From positions 122,810 through 186,809 of the forward strand of contig LWTM01000076.1 of the NCBI GenBank assembly GCA_002101205.1: 64,000 bases of DNA, given 5' to 3'. This DNA is from Cycloclasticus sp. symbiont of Poecilosclerida sp. N (GTDB lineage Bacteria; Pseudomonadota; Gammaproteobacteria; Methylococcales; Cycloclasticaceae). Both the position numbers and the translations under genes were made by a program. Below the pieces are notes generated by a model that saw nothing but the letters and a program-made list of their open reading frames with translations, did not search any database and was not told the DNA's origin. Shown one piece after another: positions 59,751-64,000 of the stretch; position 1 is the stretch's first letter, and the number at the start of each line of letters is the position of its first letter.

Positions 59751-59981
59751 TTATTTAACAGTCTTGATATAAAAAAACTGAATATCCCCGTCACGCTCAT
59801 GTAATAACATTTCATGTGCTGATTTATCAATAAACACACCAACATCAAGGTGAGCGGCTGGGTCGGTCGCGATCATTCGAATAATGTCACCCGTATTCGT
59901 GTTGGCTAAAACCTGTTTTAACTTCAGCAAAGGTAAGGGGCAATTTAGTCCTTGAGTATCAAGCGTAATATCGTGTTTCAT
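59751..59981 (-). CDS. TusA-family sulfurtransferase-like protein
   Basis: 76 aa with the LDTQGLNCPLPLLK motif (conserved CPxP Cys). Confidence 0.8.
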   Translation of the reverse strand: MKHDITLDTQGLNCPLPLLKLKQVLANTNTGDIIRMIATDPAAHLDVGVFIDKSAHEMLLHERDGDIQFFYIKTVK

Positions 59982-60043
59982 ATTTTAGGTTTTGTTTCAG
60001 TGTTACTTTATAATCTTATGAAAATGATTGGTTTAAAGTAAAA

Positions 60044-61510
60044 ATGGAATATAAAGACTTACGTGATTTTATCTCAAAACTTGAGGCATTAGGCGAGTTA
60101 AAACGGGTTTATGAAGAAGTAGATCCAAACCTTGAGATGACAGAAATTTGCGATCGCGTACTGCGCCAAGAAGGCCCTGCTATTTTGTTTGAGAACCCCA
60201 AAGGTTATTCAACGCCAGTGCTGGCTAATTTATTTGGCACGTCAAAACGTGTTGCTTTAGGCATGGGGCAAGACAGTGTAGAGGCTCTGGCAGATGTAGG
60301 TGAAGTGCTTGCGGCATTAAAAGAACCGGAGCCGCCGGCGGGTATGAAAGACGCATGGGAAAAACTGCCGATTTATAAGCAGGTGCTTAACATGGCGCCA
60401 AAAGTGGTAAAAAAGCCGGTATGTCAGCAGGTTGTCATTGAAGGCGAACATGTGAATTTAGCGGACTTTCCCATTCAAACTTGTTGGCCAGATGATGCGG
60501 GGCCGTTAATTACTTGGCCATTGGTTATCACAAAAGGGCCGCATGCAAAAAGACAAAACCTAGGCATTTACCGTCAGCAAGTGATAGGTCGCAATAAAGT
60601 CATTATGCGTTGGTTAGCACATAGAGGCGGTGCCTTAGATTTTAAAGCGTGGCAAGAAGAGCACCCCGGCGAACCTTTCCCGGTGGCCGTCGCTTTGGGC
60701 GCCGATCCAGCGACTATTTTAGCGGCAGTGACACCAGTGCCAGACCCGTTATCTGAATACGCCTTTGCCGGTTTATTACGTGGTTCAAAAACCGAAGTAA
60801 GTCCATGTTTAACGCATGATTTACAAGTGCCAGCGAGTGCGGAAATTGTGTTGGAAGGCTATTTGTATCCCGATGAAATGGCGGATGAAGGGCCCTTCGG
60901 TGACCATACCGGTTACTACAATGAAGTAGAAAGCTTCCCTGTTTTCACGATTGAGCGCATCACGCATCGTAAAGACCCTATTTACCATTCAACGTATACA
61001 GGTAAGCCGCCAGATGAGCCCGCTGTACTAGGTGTGTCGTTAAACGAAGTATTTGTGCCTATTTTAAAAAAGCAATTCCCTGAAATTGTAGATTTCTATT
61101 TGCCGCCTGAAGGCTGTTCCTACCGCATGGCTATCGTCAGCATTAAGAAACAATACCCGGGGCATGCAAAACGGATCATGTTCGGCATATGGTCATTTTT
61201 AAGGCAATTTATGTATACCAAGTTTGTCATTGTGACAGATGATGACGTGGATGTGCGAGATTGGGAGTCGGTGATTTGGGCGATAACTACTCGTGTAGAC
61301 CCAGTACGAGATACTACATTAATAGAAAATACGCCTATAGATTACTTGGACTTCGCTTCGCCAGTATCGGGACTTGGGTCTAAAATGGGCTTGGATGCGA
61401 CGAACAAATGGCAGGGAGAAACGACCCGCAAGTGGGGTAAGCCGATTGTTATGGACGAATCGGTTAAGTTAAAAATCGATGACGTGTGGGAAAAGCTAGG
61501 GCTTGATTAA
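60044..61510 (+). CDS. ubiD: 4-hydroxy-3-polyprenylbenzoate decarboxylase
   Basis: 488 aa of UbiD family sequence (LRDFISKLE...[11 protein letters not shown]...GIYRQQV...). Confidence 0.93.
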   Translation: MEYKDLRDFISKLEALGELKRVYEEVDPNLEMTEICDRVLRQEGPAILFENPKGYSTPVLANLFGTSKRVALGMGQDSVEALADVGEVLAALKEPEPPAGMKDAWEKLPIYKQVLNMAPKVVKKPVCQQVVIEGEHVNLADFPIQTCWPDDAGPLITWPLVITKGPHAKRQNLGIYRQQVIGRNKVIMRWLAHRGGALDFKAWQEEHPGEPFPVAVALGADPATILAAVTPVPDPLSEYAFAGLLRGSKTEVSPCLTHDLQVPASAEIVLEGYLYPDEMADEGPFGDHTGYYNEVESFPVFTIERITHRKDPIYHSTYTGKPPDEPAVLGVSLNEVFVPILKKQFPEIVDFYLPPEGCSYRMAIVSIKKQYPGHAKRIMFGIWSFLRQFMYTKFVIVTDDDVDVRDWESVIWAITTRVDPVRDTTLIENTPIDYLDFASPVSGLGSKMGLDATNKWQGETTRKWGKPIVMDESVKLKIDDVWEKLGLD

Positions 61511-61691
61511 AGTTTTTTCATGGGCTTTCGGGGTGCCCTCTAAAAGCAAGGGCCTTTTAAGTTGATAGCCTCAGTGTACTGAAAGACTAGTATCTGTGGC
61601 ATTAACATTTAGTCGCTATTGCCAAGCCAGATAGCACCGCGCCTTGTTCATGGTTTGACGGCTGTTGACAAACAGGGAAACTTAAACCGAC

Positions 61692-62963
61692 TTAACGTTT
61701 TTGTGAACGTGATCTGTGTTGCTGTCTAGATTTCGAACTCCTATGCTTTGAAGCAGGGTTTGGTTTGTAAACCTTCTTTGTTGCAGGTTTTAGAATTGGC
61801 AGGGTAGCGGCATCTATGCTTTTGTACGGTATTTTGTGAGAAATATATGCTTCAATATCTGGTAGTGAATAAGCGTATGTTTCACATGCAAAACTAATCG
61901 CAATGCCGCTAGCGCCAGAGCGGGCCGTTCTGCCAATTCGGTGAACGTAATCTTCTGCATCTTGCGGCAAGTCGAAATTAAAAACATGGCTAACGGCAGG
62001 AATATGTAGACCGCGGGCAGCTACATCAGTGGCAATTAGTAACGGTAACTTTCCTTCTTGGAATTGTTTTAAAATTGATTGGCGTTTATTTTGAGGCACA
62101 TCGCCTGACAGAACAGCGCTTTCAAAATTGTTGCCTTCCAATATCCGTTTTAACTTCTCGGCGACGTGTTTGGTATTGATAAAAATGATGCTGCGCTCAG
62201 GTTTTTCTTCATTCAGTATTTGTACCAATAACGGCATTTTTTCTTTATCAGCGGGGTAGTACATCGACTCAGTAACCTGCTTGGCGGTGATTTTATCTGG
62301 CTCAATACGAACGATCACAGGGTTGTTCATGTGCTCATAGGCGAGCTCTGTTACTTTAAACGATAGGGTTGCTGAGAATAATAGATTTAACCGCTTTTCT
62401 GGCTCGGGAAGCCTACGTAACAAATAACGAATATCATTGATAAAGCCAAGGTCAAACATTCTATCTGCCTCGTCTAAAACGAGTACTTCTGCGTTCCGGA
62501 GATTAAATACTTTTTGTTTGAAAAAGTCGATTGTACGACCAGGTGTGCCAATGAGAATGTCCACACCATTTTCAAGCGTTTTACGCTGCTTTTCATAGTC
62601 TGTGCCACCGTAGGCAAGAGCAACACAAATATTGGTATGTTTGCCTATAATTTTTGCGTCATTGGCGATTTGTATGGCGAGCTCGCGAGTTGGTGCCAAA
62701 ATAAGCGCCCGCACACCTGTTTTATTGTCGCTAGCCTTAGCACTACCTAACAGGGTTTGATAGGTGGCGAGTAAAAAGGCGATGGTCTTTCCTGTGCCTG
62801 TTTGTGCTTGTCCAGCAATATCTTTTCCCGTTAAACTCACCGGTAAAGTTTGTTCTTGAATGGGCGTGCAGTTTTTAAATCCAGCGTCATCTAGACCGTC
62901 GACCAACGGCTTAGCTAAGCCAATAGATGAAAATTTAGTATCAGTTAAGTGAGTGTCGGGCAT
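61692..62963 (-). CDS. rhlB: DEAD-box ATP-dependent RNA helicase RhlB
   Basis: Q-motif, AQTGTGKT, DEAD, SAT and HRIGRTAR motifs plus a basic C-terminal tail. Position next to trxA is as in enterobacteria. Confidence 0.85.
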   Translation of the reverse strand: MPDTHLTDTKFSSIGLAKPLVDGLDDAGFKNCTPIQEQTLPVSLTGKDIAGQAQTGTGKTIAFLLATYQTLLGSAKASDNKTGVRALILAPTRELAIQIANDAKIIGKHTNICVALAYGGTDYEKQRKTLENGVDILIGTPGRTIDFFKQKVFNLRNAEVLVLDEADRMFDLGFINDIRYLLRRLPEPEKRLNLLFSATLSFKVTELAYEHMNNPVIVRIEPDKITAKQVTESMYYPADKEKMPLLVQILNEEKPERSIIFINTKHVAEKLKRILEGNNFESAVLSGDVPQNKRQSILKQFQEGKLPLLIATDVAARGLHIPAVSHVFNFDLPQDAEDYVHRIGRTARSGASGIAISFACETYAYSLPDIEAYISHKIPYKSIDAATLPILKPATKKVYKPNPASKHRSSKSRQQHRSRSQKR

Positions 62964-63159
62964 AATTTTTTTGTTATTTTAGGAAAAATGAAGTGTATGA
63001 TGTTAGTTGGAAGTTTAGCCATTCGTGATAAGCTATGCAGCGAACATCGTACTCTATTATGACGGTAATAGATGCATAGTATTATCCTAAAAAGGATATG
63101 CTTCGCTGAGTAGAGTTTTTGTTTTATTAACTTGGCTCTAACTATATGGAGAATAGATA

Positions 63160-63486
63160 GTGAGTGAAAATTTAGTTCATACCACCGACGACAACTTTGA
63201 ACAGGACGTACTGACTGCTAGCCAGCCAGTATTGGTAGACTTTTGGGCGCCGTGGTGCGGCCCTTGTAAGATGATTGCCCCCATTCTTGATGAAATTGCT
63301 GATGAATATGCAGGCAAAATAAAGGTGGTTAAATTAGATATTGATGAGAACTCTGCGACTCCTAAACGTTTTGGTGTCCGTGGCATTCCGACTTTAATGA
63401 TTTATAAAGCGGGTGAAGTTGAAGCAACTAAGGTGGGTGCGGTTACAAAATCGCAATTAGCAGCGTTTATTGATAGTAATATATAA
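63160..63486 (+). CDS. trxA: Thioredoxin 1
   Basis: 108 aa with the WCGPCK active site. Confidence 0.95.
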   Translation: MSENLVHTTDDNFEQDVLTASQPVLVDFWAPWCGPCKMIAPILDEIADEYAGKIKVVKLDIDENSATPKRFGVRGIPTLMIYKAGEVEATKVGAVTKSQLAAFIDSNI

Positions 63487-63604
63487 TAAAGCGTAAAGCT
63501 CTTTCCAGTAAAGGTGACAAGGTTCAAACACATCAAGGACACAAGGAATAAAAAATAGGTAGTCTCTGTGATAACACAATCGCACATAAAAGAGGCCTAG
63601 CCGA

Positions 63605-64000
63605 ATTGAAGAAGATAACCTTGGATTGATTCGTGGAGTTGAGAAGTTTGACCCAGAAAAAGGGTTTAGACTCTCAATATACGCAACTTGTTGGATACGT
63701 CAAAACAATCGAAAGAGCCATTATGAATCAAGCAAGAACGATTCGGTGGCCGATGATGGTGCGATGGGATCAACTGATATTACTCAAGCAGAATAAACTC
63801 GTGATAATTTAGACCAATGGCTTACGTTGTTAAGTGACAAACAAAGGGAAGTAATTTCTCGACGTTTTGGCGTCCGAGGGCATCGTGTTTCAACCTTAGG
63901 GCAAGTTGTAGCTGAAATAGGTGTCACTTACGAACGCGCAAGGCAGATTCAAGTAGGGGCACTTAAATAGCTCAAGTCTATCGTAGAGAACGAAGGTTTT
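63605..64000 (+). pseudogene. Sigma-70 family (RpoS/RpoD-like) sigma factor remnant, which continues past the window end
   Basis: Region 2 block [31 protein letters not shown], then a frameshift to [15 protein letters not shown]. Region 3 is missing. Region 4 block LSDKQREVISRRFGVRGHRVSTLGQVVAEIGVTYERARQIQVGALK carries in-frame stops. Confidence 0.65.

Overview
This looks like a chromosomal window from an AT-rich gammaproteobacterium. GC was only spot-counted (43% in one 60-nt sample of lon) and the species was not identified.

Most of the window is conserved housekeeping backbone:
- resB fragment, cytochromes c4 and c5, engB
- tRNA-Leu, tig-clpP-clpX-lon-hupB, tRNA-Val/Asp, ppiD
- a DAACS symporter and a peptide-type ABC importer with serB embedded in it
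- mltD, a methyltransferase, rnhA-dnaQ, a rhodanese, gltX, tRNA-Ala/Glu
- argS, a SPOR protein, rlmL, arfB
- an SNF transporter, ratA-rnfH, leuA, bamE, a gamma-CA-like protein, prlC
- an SQR-like oxidoreductase, a TusA-like protein, ubiD, rhlB, trxA

Three accessory regions interrupt the backbone.
1. About 2.1-3.3 kb holds a chimeric IS30/TnpB remnant.
2. About 28.9-35.95 kb, directly downstream of tRNA-Glu, is a decayed defence-type island. It holds a Lon-like AAA+ pseudogene, two defective IS5-family copies, a broken KilA-N gene, a translationally coupled wHTH/nucleotidyltransferase/AlbA_2-fragment cassette, an apparently intact hipBA and a pglZ (BREX) remnant.
3. About 46.0-49.9 kb is a mobile-element graveyard. 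It holds an NYN pseudogene, a transposase fragment, an intact and visibly GC-richer MobV-type relaxase, a Replicase-family rep pseudogene and an ISNCY-like transposase pseudogene.

Several intergenic regions carry related short repeat elements. These include a roughly 100-bp MITE-like palindromic element, a larger two-copy element and a 24-bp x4 tandem repeat beside a perfect 17-bp GC-rich inverted repeat. Their ends resemble the IS5 terminal sequence.

I found no rRNA, no CRISPR array and no reverse transcriptase. I cannot point to a convincingly intact new multi-gene system. The best candidates for follow-up are the wHTH-NTase cassette and the repeat and structured-DNA family around 37.9-38.2 kb and 54.56-55.31 kb.
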